Assembly: GCF_022045235.1 (NCBI RefSeq)
Contig: NW_027266275.1
Location: 27,280,001 to 27,344,000, forward strand
DNA from: Haliotis cracherodii
Lineage: Eukaryota
Length of the DNA: 64,000 nucleotides
Direction: 5' to 3'
Within the stretch, counting starts at the first letter, position 1. Every line of letters starts with the position of its first letter. The translations under genes were made by a program, and so were the position numbers. Below the pieces are notes generated by a model. It saw only the letters and a program-made list of their open reading frames with translations, was not told where the DNA came from and made no database searches. Below, piece by piece: positions 40,655 to 53,579 of this stretch.

Positions 40655-42549
40655 CTACACAGCCGTGGTAGCGGTCACCGTCGCCGAAGTCACCTCTACA
40701 ACATGAACGTCAGAGCACCGTCAAAACGGAAATTCTTTCTGAACTTATCACTTCAATTTTACAAATAATGTCAGTTTATCTTTTTAATGTATTTGAAAAT
40801 GTCCCTCTGTACGTTCTTCAACACAGAGAGTGAAGGCAGGCGATATTTGACAATAGTGTTCTTGTTGAAGAGTAGCAATCATAAAACACTTCATATTGTA
40901 CTTCAGTTTTACCAGTTTTCAATTATGATATATTTCCTTTTATTGTGTATTTGTATTTATTCACCTGGTGAATTCTCTTGAACGCCTCGTTTTAAAAGCA
41001 TCGGCCTCCCCTCCAGTGTGATCTGCTTATGTTGTCTGGGTCGACGGTATTTCCACCAGAACCATATGGTGGTTCCAGTAGTAGCGACAGCAGCCACACA
41101 GACAATCGTTATTAGTGCTATGGCAGTCAGAGATATCCCCTCAGTTTTTCTACGTGGTCCTACTTCTGGTGGAATTGTTGCTGAAGCAAATTGTAATCTT
41201 ACATCAATAACTCCAATAGTTACGTAAACTATATTAATAAACTGTTGTTACTTATCGACCTGTTGATCACAGATTAACAAAACATTGTCACATGGCCGCT
41301 GAATGTGTAAATATATTTGAAAAAGAACACACCTATACAGCAGGATTGGATATGCCTTATATCACCTAGGAGTGTACAGAAGATATAACCCAGTAAAGAA
41401 CATACAGTTCCCATTAATTTCGCGCGGATAAACGAATATCTAGATTAACGAATTCTGCCTACGGAGTACTCTCTTGACATATTCAGACGTTTCAAACATC
41501 GTACTGTTGACTGCACTACTGATGATGCATTAAGTATACCAAACGTACATATGTAGCTACTCACTCGTGCTTGACCTACGTCCATCTTGGCCTCTGGTTC
41601 GAGTGCAGTAATCACGACACTGGTCAGGGGGCACTTCCGCCGGTACTCGGTCACAGTGAGGACCGCAGAGGTCACAGTTCAGGGTGACGTCGTCATAGTA
41701 ACGATCTTCTGGGCAGTTGTGCTTGTCCGGTGACCTCTTCGCGCAATAGGCAGTGCAAGACGCAGGAGGCTGAACCAGTGGTGCTCGGTCACAGTGGGGC
41801 ATGCAGTCATCGCAGTGTTCCGTCACGTCGTCATAGTAACGACCTTCCTGACATTTGTCTTCTTGACCTGGTCTCCGAGTCTTTAGTCCTTGACCTGAAT
41901 ATGTAATTTGGTAAATGTGAAAAATAGACAAATCAGTATATTTTATTTTGATATGAGAGCGGCTGGGGAGGGAATAGGGGGCGCAGTTGGTGTTTAACGT
42001 TGTTAAAAATTAAAAACAGATTAGTTCTCGCTACGTAAAAAGAAAACTGACTTGCGCGATAACCACGACAAACAATTATCGGACAGGAGTTATCTTTTGA
42101 TTGCCGCTAGGTGGTACTACGTACCTAGACATCAAAGCGAAAGTAGAAACTGGCAATTCCCGATTAAGGTAGGACGGGACACTCATTGCCTGTTTGCTTT
42201 AAATAAAATATACAGACTGAATTCATCCACAAATTGTATAAAAGGTACAGTCAAAGATATTCGAAATTAGTCTGTGAATACGTCATCTTGTATTTCCGAA
42301 ATGGTGATTACAAAGAGCAGGAAGTCTAATTAAGAGTATCTACCTGCAAAGAAGTATATTTTTCCATATTTAAAGCAACATCTTTCGATTTGTTTTATCT
42401 TGATAGCTGTTCAGACACCTTTTCGAAAGCCGAAGGATAAGGTTACCTGTACCTGTAGGGATATTTCCGGCTTTTAATGGCCTGGCCGAAACATGGTAGA
42501 CTGTCATCACCACGAACAAAACCATTTTCAATGACTTCCTCGTCGTCAT
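40655..42549 (-). CDS. TNFR-like gene B: TACI-like two-CRD type I membrane receptor, ~229 aa, 4 coding exons
   Basis: Exon 42549-42447 encodes MTTRKSLKMVLFVVMTVYHVSA|RPLKAGNIPTGT (signal peptide; an alternative donor would end the exon at 42453). Exon 41894-41565 has two CRDs, CQEGRYYDDVTEHCDDCMPHCDRAPLVQPPASCTAYC and CPEDRYYDDVTLNCDLCGPHCDRVPAEVPPDQCRDYC (donor GTGAGT). Exon 41180-40965 encodes TM ISLTAIALITIVCVAAVATTGTTIWFWW, then KYRR and ...KRGVQENSP (donor GTGAAT). Exon 40695-40655 encodes EVTSATVTATTAV*. All junctions are phase 1. Minus-strand AATAAA at 40033-40028. Confidence 0.88.
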
Positions 42550-43679
42550 CTTGGTGTTGTTTGAATGATTCACAATTTGATACTATAATGAATACAATAC
42601 GCCGAGCACTGCCTACAGTTATGATGAATCGTCTGGAGTAAGTGATGAAACATGAAAGCTTTCTCGAAACGTCGAAAGGGATCTATTTTTGACATGACTC
42701 TACAATTATAAATAGAACATGGGAAATCCGGTCAGATGTGACAGTCACCCATTACATCATTGACTCTGCATTTCTAACCCCACCCCAGCCCCTAAATATG
42801 TTTGTCAACTCGTACAAAAGGGGAGATTGAGTGCGTGAAGATTGTGTTACGCCGCAGTCGGAGATGTTCCAGCTGTATCAGGGCGGCCCGTACCTGAACG
42901 GTTCTGGGCCCGTCAGTCGGGTTGTTGACAGCATGAGCTGACCCGTATATGAAGATCTGGCTTTTGGCTGGGATAGCACCTGCCAAATGTTTTCGCTCCA
43001 GTATCCGTTTATACGTTTACTTCGCTATTAAATACATGCTATGACGAAAGCTCGAGGTACAGGCGCCCCTCGAGTCAATCGTCGACGATGGCATGTATTC
43101 ATATTATTAAAAAATGTGTTTCAAAATCAAAGAAGATCCACGGTTGGCACACGACCTTTGGATGAAAACGAGACCCAATGAATATGGACATAGTGTGTTT
43201 CTTGTCTACGGGAAGTAGTCATCGCGAGAGAAAGCTAAAAGACAGCTAGTGTCCATACACGATTAATCATCAGGAGTTCACACATTTATCATGTAAGGGT
43301 GTGTGTTCTCGATGCAATAAAACAATCCAATGAAGCACAACAGGAAATACTTTCAAGCTCCAAATGTCTTTTTTTTGCAATGCCTTCTTTCTCAATAAAA
43401 AATTGAATAACGTTCCCAGTATGTTTAGATGAGGGGATTCCAATGTGTCTCCGAAAAATAGAAAAGGCGTCACCTTAAAAAATTGTTGTGGTGACAGACA
43501 TTAACAGTGAGTGAGTGAGTTGGGTTGAGCGCCACAGTGAACTTTATTTCGGTTTGTGGGCATTTGAATATCCCCTATTGGCACCAACGTTCTGTAAACC
43601 CAAATATTCCGATTACAAATTTATGAACCAGAAAAACTCGACAGATTCCAGTTTTTCCCTGCATCGTTCACGGGTTCTT

Positions 43680-43945
43680 AAAAGATAACATGTATGTACA
43701 ATTTGGGGATAGGACATTTAATCAAGAAGGAGACATCCTCATTGACACCAATGTACTCCCCTCTTTGCGAATCTATTTCTTTATGCATATGAATCGGGAT
43801 TTTTGCTCAGACTGGTAAAATCGAAACACGGGAATTTGGCAAAGAACTTCAGCTTCAGGTATGTCGATGATCCGATATTGTTTAATAATGGACATGTAGT
43901 CAATTCCATTTCACTGATTTACCCACCGGAACTAGAAAAAAAGAG
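43680..43945 (+). mobile_element. Degenerate Penelope-like retroelement reverse-transcriptase fragment
   Basis: Frameshifted translation QFGDRTFNQ...PLFANLFLYAYESGF.LRLVKSK..LAKNFSFRYVDD..LFNN..V.SISLIYPPELE, including the YVDD catalytic motif. Confidence 0.75.
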
Positions 43946-43974
43946 ACACGTGAACCCCCAAGTGAATTTAGGGT

Positions 43975-45470
43975 TTATCGTTCAGGACGCATGGTACACT
44001 CGGGTTATAATTCAGGACACGTGGTACAGGGTATAGGCCAAGGCACATGGTACAGGGGATAGTTCAGGACACGTGGTACAGTCAGGGTTTAGTCCAGGAC
44101 ACGTGGTCCAATCAGTGTATAGTCCAGGACAGGTGGTACAGTCAGGGTATAGTCCAGGACACGTGGTACTGTCGAGGTATAGTCCAGGACACGTTGTACA
44201 GTCAGGGCATAGTCCAGGACACATGGTCTAGTCAGGGTATAGTCCAGGACACACGGTACAGTCGGGTATAGTCCAGGACACATGGTACAGTCAGGGTATA
44301 GTCCAGGACACATGGTACAGTCAGGGTATGGTCCAGGACACATGGTCCAGTCAGGGTATAGTCCAGGACACATGGTTCAGTCAGGGTATAGTCCAGGACA
44401 CATGGTACAGTCAGGGTATAGTCCAGGACACATGGTACAGTCAGGGTATAGTCCAGGACACATGGTACACTCGGGTATAGTCCAGGACACATGGTACAGT
44501 CAGGGTATAGTCCAGGAAACATGGTCCAGTCAGGGTATAGTCCAGGACACATGGTCCAGTCAGGGTATAGTCCAGGACACATGGTACAGTCAGGGTATAG
44601 TCCAGGACACACGGTACACTCGGGTATAGTCCAGGACACGTGGTACAGTCAGGGCATAGTCAAGGACACACGGTACACTCGGGTATAGTCCAGGACACAT
44701 GGTACAGTCAGGGTATAGTCCAGGACACATGGTACACTCGGGTATAGTCCAGGACACATGGTACAGTCAGGGTATAGTCCAGGAAACATGGTCCAGTCAG
44801 GGTATGGTCCAGGACACACGGTACACTCGGGTATAGTCCAGGACACATGGTACAGTCAGGGCATAGTCCAGGACACACGGTACACTCGGGTATAGTCCAG
44901 GACACATGGTACAGTCAGGGTATAGTCAAGGACACATGGTCCAGTCAGGGTATAGTCCAGGACATATGGTCCAGTCAGGGTATAGTCCAGGACACGTGGT
45001 ACAGTCAGGGTATAGTCCAGGACACATGGTACAGTCAGGGTATAGTCCAGGACACATGGTCCAGTCAGGGTATAGTCCAGGACACATGGTAGAGTCAGGG
45101 TATAGTCCAGGACGCTTGATACAGTCAGGGTATAGTCCAGGACACTTGATACAGTCAGGGTATAGTCTGGGACACATTGTACAGTCAGGGTATAGTCCAG
45201 GACACTTGATACAGTCAGGGTATAGTCCAGGACACTTGATACAGTCAGGGTATAGTCTGGGACACTTGATACAGTCAGGGTATAGTCCAGGACACACGGT
45301 ACACTCGGGATATAGTTCAGGACAGGTGGTCCAGTCAGGGTATAGTCCAGGACACATGGTCCAGTCAGGGTATAGTCCAGGACACTTGGTACAGTCAGGG
45401 TATAGTCCAGGACACATGGTACAGTCAGGGTATAGTCCAGGACACATGGTACAGTCAGGGCATAGTCCAG
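43975..45470. repeat. 29/30-bp minisatellite (CAGGGTATAGTCCAGGACACATGGTACAGT), ~50 units
   Basis: Direct tandem repeats with interspersed 29-bp CGGG...TACACT variants. It accounts for the many overlapping ORFs in this region. Confidence 0.95.
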
Positions 45471-46743
45471 TATTGTGACACTTTCCATTCGCCAGTAGAT
45501 TTACACTTGTATGTAAAGTGCACACATGTTTATAGGTGTTAGCTGAATGTTTTTGTTCACATATGTTTACAATAGCAGGTATATATGTATCATTGCCCTC
45601 AGTGCTAATTTGCACGTAATGTGTAGTCAGACGATTCTGCGTAGTCGTGGTGACAGAAGCGGGCGTAAAATGTGGACTTTAGCACAAGCTGTGACAAATT
45701 ATCTCGATATCAACTTACAATAGTATTAGATGTGATAATGAAACATTATTGCCTGTGCACTAACTTCACTATAGGTTATGTACGCACGACAATATAGGTT
45801 GTGCGCCTTGCGACAAACTAGAATGTTCACCTTCAGCAATAAAGGTTGTGTATCTGCAACAATATGTACTATGCAGTATATGCGCAGTACAATATAGGTT
45901 GTGTAGCTACGTCAGCATAGGCTTTGACTACGGCTACAGAGGGTATACAATATACGATGTGCGATATATCGAACGTTTCTTGGATGTGCATGTGAGCAAG
46001 CATGCGTCAAAAGTTTATTTGTTGTTTTTTTAATTATAATTGAACATGAACTGAATTCAGCAAATGAATTTCCCAATGCTTCACTTTCTGCTTTGAGCTG
46101 ATAATAACTTGAATGCTCAAGATAAGAATTTGAATTTTCAAGATGAAAAATAATTATGTGGCCCATATGGGCTTCCGTACAAAATACGGAGATTAGCCTT
46201 TGTTTCAGTTGTCCCAGTAGTCGCCCGGATGTTGAATGCAAGACGATATAAACTGCAGATTTAAGCCCTCGGAGAGTCATTCGTTGCATCGCATTAACAT
46301 TTAAATTAATACTTGAAACATCGAAGTACAATGTAGGTAGATTAACGGAATTCAAGCATTGCAGTTCATTTGGCGGTAACAACAACAGTCTGATAAGCGA
46401 CGCCAAGGAAATAATACTATGCAGTCGTGATCCGAGCATCATGAAGTCAATATCCTAAGAAAGGTATATCCACCTCTTGCAGGTCACGTGGTATTCAACT
46501 CTCGCCAGAGACCGATAACACCATTTGCATGATATTGATTATAACATAAATGACCGTATAACCCGGGGAACAATAGTCGTCGCCATTTATGCAACAATAG
46601 CCCGTATATAATACCTATACGGCTGTAAGTAGCATATATGTACATTTATCTAAATCGATATGCGGCTTCGGGTTAGTGTTGTCACAGCGGAGGACGGACC
46701 GTAAGTCCTGTGGTTTTATCAGTGTAGCAGAAGAAGCGTCAAG

Positions 46744-47580
46744 ATGCCGTTCAGTTTGTTGAAGTTTTTTAAACTCCGTCAGGAGAAAGAGGACACCATG
46801 GCTGATCTCGATGCGGTGACCTCCGACATTGGGGAGATTAAAACAACTTCTTACAAACAGTTGGAGACCTCGGATACACCGCCCCCAGCTGCGCGCGGTG
46901 TTACTGATGCAGGCTGCAACAAAACAAGCGCTGAGGATCAAACAAACAACTACGTTCCTATCAGAAGATCGAGTACAAAGAAACGGACAGTTCCGTCCAT
47001 TTTGAAAGAAGATGTGTTCAAAACAGATGTTCCAGAAAAAAATGCAACGGCACCGGAAGCTGCTGGAATAGACAACAATTCAAAGAAAACACCGGACACA
47101 GACAAAACAGACGACAGTTCACTGAAAACTCCGGACACAAACAAAACAGACGACAGTTCACCGAAATCTCCCGACACAAACAAAACAGACGACAAATATC
47201 TTAAACCTCTGGACACGAACAAAACAGACAACTCACAGAAAACTCCAGAAACGGACAAAACAGAGGACAATTCACAGAAAACTTCGGACACGGACAAAAG
47301 TGAAAAACTAAAACATAAACAAAACGAAGCAAAGCTACAGAAGTGTAAGTCTAAAATACCCAAGTCGGTGTCATTTTCAAAGAATCTTATCCACGAGAAC
47401 GGTGCAGAAGACAACAGGCGCAAGGTTATCAGAAGATCCAGCACACGGACGAGAGCCATCCCCACCATTTTAAAAGCTGATTTTCTTAAAGGTGAGCAAC
47501 CTGGTCAGACGGAAGGACAAGAAAATGTTGGAAAGAGATTCTACTTCGGCTTCAAGGACAAAACAAAAGATCCTAACTGA
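46744..47580 (+). CDS. Intronless 278-aa low-complexity (K/D/T-rich) protein with candidate PP1-docking motifs (SILK, KSVSF)
   Basis: Longest non-satellite ORF in the window, with an ATG start and a TATA-like TATATAA near 46605. It contains about 6 degenerate KTPDTDKTDDSS repeats, a duplicated IRRSST-x4-[VI]P[ST]ILK-x-D-x-x-K block, and KSVSF at 47362-47376. Confidence 0.65.
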   Translation: MPFSLLKFFKLRQEKEDTMADLDAVTSDIGEIKTTSYKQLETSDTPPPAARGVTDAGCNKTSAEDQTNNYVPIRRSSTKKRTVPSILKEDVFKTDVPEKNATAPEAAGIDNNSKKTPDTDKTDDSSLKTPDTNKTDDSSPKSPDTNKTDDKYLKPLDTNKTDNSQKTPETDKTEDNSQKTSDTDKSEKLKHKQNEAKLQKCKSKIPKSVSFSKNLIHENGAEDNRRKVIRRSSTRTRAIPTILKADFLKGEQPGQTEGQENVGKRFYFGFKDKTKDPN

Positions 47581-48762
47581 TCATCCGCTCTGTGTTGTAT
47601 TATTTGTTTATTGTAGCCCCCGGCGGAGTAGATCAATGAGGTCACTTCAACTGCAACTAATCAATGACAATCGTGACTTCATACCAAGCGAGGCTGTTCA
47701 AACTAGCATTGTATGAGGTAGGAAGGTGATGACCTGTGACGTGTGCTGTTTGTGCACCGACATCGAGAGCTCAGTAACAGAGTAGGGAGTGAAGGTTATG
47801 CAGTGTGTAAGTATATACAGGGTGTTTTCGTTTCGGGAGTTTATGTGTCACACAGGACGTTACGTTGCCTTGTGATATGTCAACATCGTGGTCAAGACTT
47901 TCATGTGTACAAGGTATTGATAACCCACCGAAATAACCACCCCCGATAACTAAGAGGTTCTTCCAGATACATCAGGCACCATGCGGGGCTTCCCTTGTTG
48001 CCTAAGTGTTCCTCTTGTAGAAATACACGATTCGAGATCAAGGGACAAGACTCGTGCAGCTTGCTTTTCCTGCTTATTTAGATGTCATTGTGTTGATCCC
48101 TCTAGTGATTCAAATACCTTTATTACACAATGTCAAGCTTAGATCAAGGCTGGAAATCAAGGACCACAGTACCAAATGTAGCCCCAGACCGAATGTCTAG
48201 GACCATGGAGCCACGCCACACAGACCAAGACCGGAAATCTAGGACCACGGTGCCACATGTGAACGTAGTCCGGACGTCCAGGACCATGGTGCCAAACGTT
48301 GACCTAGACCGGAAGTCAAGTACGATAGCGCACACTCCCTGTAAGGATATGTCCCAGCGGGTGTGTACAAGAACTGGCACAACCAAATTGTTATTCTCAG
48401 GCGACAGACGTGGTGTTCGGCGGGAATGATACAGAGAGTGAGTTGTATTTTACGACGCTTTTTGCAGTATTCCAGCAATATCACGGCGGGGAACACCAGA
48501 ATTGGGCTTCACACATTGTAACCATGAGGGGACCCAGGTTTTCGGTGTGACGAGCGAACCTTTTCAGCACTATGCTTCCCCACCACCGCAGGGACTGATA
48601 CATTGTACAATCACTGTACATGGTGGATAAAGACTTATGCACACAACAGCTTAAAGTGACCAGATGTTGACGATGGTGTATGTGTGTTGCCGCATGTGGT
48701 CCCTATATGGTCATCACTGTCCTCTGTATAGATTTAAGTGACAGGATTACACAATGAAGAGT

Positions 48763-49306
48763 AAATAGAGAATCTCACCTGGGTGTCATTTGATGTTAAA
48801 TATATACAACTCAAAAGAAGTTAAGGATCAGTAGATTCTTTCAAATTACTATTGTTAATCTGTTATGGCATGAAAGATTAACTATAGTAATTGAAAAGAA
48901 TTGGGTGATCCTTAACTTCTTTTGAGTAGTATATCTATACGAGCCAATGAAGGTTTAAAATTCTGAGGCTTGCCGAGGAGCTTTAACCTTCAGTCGACTT
49001 GTGTGGATATATTTGATATCAAAAGACACAAGAATGAGATTCTATTCATCATCCAGGCACATTCTTACAACTGTTTCAGTTTGTGAACAATAATAACCAA
49101 TCTCTTGGGTGTGAACAATATAGTGAACCAGCTTCGGTGGAAGAGAGATAAGTGGTGCCATTTGATTGTGACGTCATATAATCGATGTCACAATGACCTG
49201 CAAAGTATATCGTTGCGATGGCATAACATGCCTGATAGTCTACTGTGACGTCTCACTTGATCTAACCCAAGCGATATCTCCCGTGGAAATAATTTGGATA
49301 ATAAAT
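48763..49306 (+). mobile_element. Hairpin-terminated element (family H1) with a nested TA-flanked palindromic MITE (48805-48932)
   Basis: Reverse-complement homologue of 62978-63398. The hairpin centre is TGAGGCTTGCCGAG. The nested MITE also occurs at ~24180-24285. Confidence 0.7.
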
Positions 49307-50222
49307 AGAGGTTATCACGCGAGTGAGTTTTGGGGTGGTAAATATATTGTATTGGGAACATACATTACATTTAGCGACCCTTGGTGAGGTAAATACAGAG
49401 TGTTTATTCCTAACACAGGATATTTACCATATTAAAACACACAAGCGTTGTAAATCCATTTTCATATATCATTTTTATTATTATGTCATCGGAAATAAAG
49501 TCTCTCACAAACGGTGCCTATACATTACAAATTGTACTAGAATGTGCACATTAATATATGACGTCAGAAGCTCAGTTATTAGTCAACAGGTAATATAGTT
49601 CCAACTGAAACCTGTTTTTAGACAGTGATTGTATCTACCATATTGGCAAAATTAATAAGTAATGTATGATACGCAAAAATGTTGTGACAATCTATAGGTC
49701 AGCCAGCAAGAGTAAATGCCCTTTATCAAAGGGGCTACTCTAGTCGATGAGACGTCACGTTTGTTCAGATTCTTCCGGGTCATATTATATTGTCATAACG
49801 ATGCGAAATGCAGTCAAATGTTCCACACTGGCTACAACATGAAACAAAGTAAAATTCTGGACAGGTTCCGGCCAAATCCAGTTGTGGTTTTAATTCGGGG
49901 AAAAAACAAGCCGCAGAGATCTTCAAAGGCATGGAAATAGATAGGCCTGTCGCCCTCGCTCCGTTTATGCCTCCAATGTTGCCAACACTTGTTTTAATAC
50001 AAGGCCTCAAATATTCCCTGATATACGCTGATACGCTGATTTTCGATTTCTTAGAATATTATTTTGATAATGATATCATTTATCTAGATTTGTCTAGATG
50101 ACCTATGTTCACTATACCTGACCTTTCTTTTTTTGCACATTAATCTGTAAAGGGACCCAACGCATATCGTTCTTACCCGTTGGCTTTATCCTGCCGAGAA
50201 ACCTACCCATTATATGATAAAT
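49307..50222 (+). mobile_element. Second copy of hairpin element family H2
   Basis: AGAGGTTATCACGCGAGTG...AACCTACCCATTATATGATAA is colinear with 14115-15142. Confidence 0.8.
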
Positions 50223-50529
50223 AAACATTGATTGTGTATTGATGTCAGAATCTGCTCAATGAAACGGACATGCAATTGATCTCTGTTGTAAATATGTTTA
50301 CTTAAATTTTGTATTAAAGTTACAATCCGTTCAATAAAATGGATATGCAATACGATCTCAAAGAAATATGTTTTAAATGGTTTCTTATTAAACTAGACCC
50401 TCGGGTCAGTTCGCAGTCGTGGCAAGTTTGATTCAATCCCACAAACACCACTCTATTTTTCTGTTACCTAACATGTTATGCTGAATATAATATCAGTCGA
50501 GCAGTTACTGATTAGCCTAATTTCAGGAA

Positions 50530-50870
50530 GTGAGAGTGAACTTCACGCAGTATTCCAGCAACATCACGGCGGGGGACACCAGAAATGGGCTTCACACATT
50601 GTACCTATTCATAATGGATCTGACCCCGGTCTTCGGCGTGATGAGCGAACGTTTTAAAGACTTGGCTATCTCATCGCCCCTAAGTTCATTAGGGAGTGAG
50701 TGAGTTGTATTTTACGCCGCTTTTAGTAATATTCCAGCAATATCACGGCGGGGGACACCACAAATGGGCTTCACACATTGTACCCATGTCGGGAATCGAA
50801 CCCGGGTTTCGGCGTGATGAGCGAACGCTTTAAGGACTTGGCTATCTCATCGCCCCTAATTTCATTAGGC
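50530..50870 (-). mobile_element. Two tandem S2 SINE copies
   Basis: Both copies end in GACTTGGCTATCTCATCGCCCCTAA.TTCATTAGG, which indicates a local duplication. Confidence 0.8.
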
Positions 50871-52041
50871 TGTCTCAGTTTCACACATTGCGCTATATAC
50901 AACGTCACAGTCTTGACATGTCATGGACACCAGAGAGTGGAACAATTTCTCTTCAAATGAAATTGTATTTGTAAGCAGGTGCCGGATGGCTTGGGATATG
51001 TATGACAAGCATGTCGGCACAATCCATAGTAAGAGTCCGCAAATATTTCCTCCAGTCATCTTGTTCTTGACTGAAACACGAGTCTGTACTGTCTAAGTGT
51101 CTGTCTTTATGAACAGGTGAGTGTGTAATGCATTAAGCTGTGGACACAAACATTATACCACAGCCTAAACAAGCAAAATTGTGGCTGATACAACGTCCAA
51201 GCCGTCCGAGTACGACGACGGTCGACGGTACGGTAGCTTTGTTGTTATATAGCGTTGGCCAGGTTCCCCACATGGGTACATTGTGTGAAGCGCGTGGTGT
51301 ACTATGAGCATGGTTAGAACAGTAAATGCAGGAGTAGTGGTGGTGGTAACTGACGTGCGCTACAGTGGCAAGTTCCACACAAGAGGTTCCAGTATTGGGT
51401 ATCCACGGAATATAAATACTCAACTCTGGGTCAGGTTGTATAGATGATAGCGTGAACAACTGACGGGTCACATGCCTTGACCACCCGATCCTCACTGGCT
51501 GGAACAGACAAGCATTGGATAATGGGTACCGATTACATCCCCTACTTCCCACGGGCATGGTGAATTATAAGTGAAGGTACCTTTAACTTTCAATGCTACT
51601 CGAATGCTTCCATTAAACACTGAGGGTACGATCAGAAGCCAAACCAATATTTCTTGGGGAATCCACGCGAAAGAAGAGAGTGTCCTCCAACTGATGCACA
51701 TGTATTAGCTGTGGCTGAAAATATAGGGAATAAAAATCCAGACTATTACCTACCAATGTTTAATTACTTGACTATATATTATAACCCCTAAGGGTGTAAT
51801 ACCTTAGGATTCTGGAAGATTCCAGCCAATGATTTACTGCTTGAGTACATCAGTACCCAGTTATACAATGCAGGTACCATGTGCAGTACCCTTATCTACA
51901 GATGTGTGAGTGAGTGAGTATGGTTTTTACACCACTTTTAGCAATAATCCAGCAACATTAGTAGGGGGACACCAGAAATGGACTTCACACATTGTACTCA
52001 TGTGAGGAATCAAACCCAGCTTTTGGTGTAGGAGTAGCAAC

Positions 52042-52470
52042 TGCATTAACCACTAGGCTACCCACTGTCTCCTATAGATGTGTAAGGTCCAAAGCATGTT
52101 TCTTGTCTCTCTAATGCACTGTTGCTTGTAATAGTTAAGAGCAACATATCTCGGGCCAGGCTTATTATCCTCAATACCAAACCTGAAGGAGTGGTTTAAC
52201 CTGCTCAGAATAGTATTGATCCGGGGTAGAATAGGCCTTCAGCAACCCATGCTGCATTAACCACTAGGCTACCCACCGTCTCCTATAGATGTGTAATGTC
52301 CAAAACATGTTTCTTGTCTCTCTAATGCACTGTTGCTTGTAATTGTCATAGTTAAGAGCAACATATCTCGGGGCCAGGCTTATTATCCTCCATACCAAAC
52401 CTGAAGGAGTGGTTTAACCTGCTCAGAAGAGTATTGATCCGGGGTAGAATAGGCCTTCAGCAAAACATGC
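52042..52470. repeat. ~210-bp tandem duplication between two SINE heads
   Basis: TGCATTAACCACTAGGCTACCCAC...GGCCTTCAGCAA occurs twice (52042-52251 and 52252-52470). Confidence 0.85.
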
Positions 52471-52690
52471 TTGTCGTAAAAGGCCACTATGCTTATGGTA
52501 AGAGGCAACTAACGAGATCAGGTGGTCACGCTTGCTGACTTGTTTGTTGCATGTCCTTGTATCCCAATTGTGTGGATCGATGCTCATGATATCACTGGAT
52601 TGTTTGGTCCAGAATCGATTATTTACAGACTGCCGTCATACAGCTGTAATATTGCTGAGTGTGGCGTTAAACAGCAAACAAAGAAAAACA
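52436..52690 (+). mobile_element. SINE S1
   Basis: GATCCGGGGTAGAATAGG...GAGTGTGGCGTTAAACAGC. Confidence 0.75.
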
Positions 52691-53579
52691 AAACTGAATA
52701 TTATTTCCATTATATTACCCTATGTTAGCTTAATGTAGGAGGAAAGCTGGTGTTGAAGCAGGTCTTAGACAATTACCACTTCAGTGAAACCCACAAATGG
52801 TTGTACTGCAAAACCAAGCTTTAAGTCAGTGTTGTGATCAATCTGGTCAGCAGAGTCAGATTTTTAATCAGCCAATGAAAACATCACAGCCAGCAACCTT
52901 GCCAACTCCTGCCATGTAATAGAGTGAGTGACAATATCATCCATATTTTGGTGGGGGACACCAGCAATAGGCATCACAAATTGTACCCATGTAGAGAACA
53001 AACCCAGGCCTTCTACTACATGATGAGCATACACTTTAACCACTAGGCTACCCCCCCAGCCTCTGTTATAGAATCCTAGTCCAAAGTAATGGCCTGTAGA
53101 CCATTGACAACAAAACACTGTTTAGTCAGTTTCCTTTATTGATATGTTCAATCAGTCACTTAGTGAATAACTAGCTCTTGAAACAATGGACACGAGCAAC
53201 AATTAATGTCCTTTAATCACAGCTAAATCAGTTGAATTAAAGCTTGTCTGACCAATATTTCAGTTACATCACAACATGTCAGCTTATTGGGTGGAGAAGT
53301 CAGAAGTGATGCAGGTTCTTGAGCTTTATCACTTTTTCTTTCATAAACATATTTATCCACAAGGTACGTTGAGTTTCTTGTTACATGGCCACTGTAAATA
53401 TGTCATCTGTGATAAGTCGGACTGAGAAACACAATGCCCATGATATCAAACAAATGGGTTTTATTAAAACTCAATGTAATTTGTTTTTTTGTTTTTTAAA
53501 TGAAATGGAAAAACTCTAATATAGATTGGCAACAAAAACAAGTTCTTAATCTGATCCCAAGAATTACCATTGTACCTAA

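Noticed and set aside
44012-45615. Cys-rich (CPGLYPDCTM)n and other repeat ORFs
   Set aside because: They come from the 29/30-bp minisatellite, whose 29-bp units shift the frame repeatedly.
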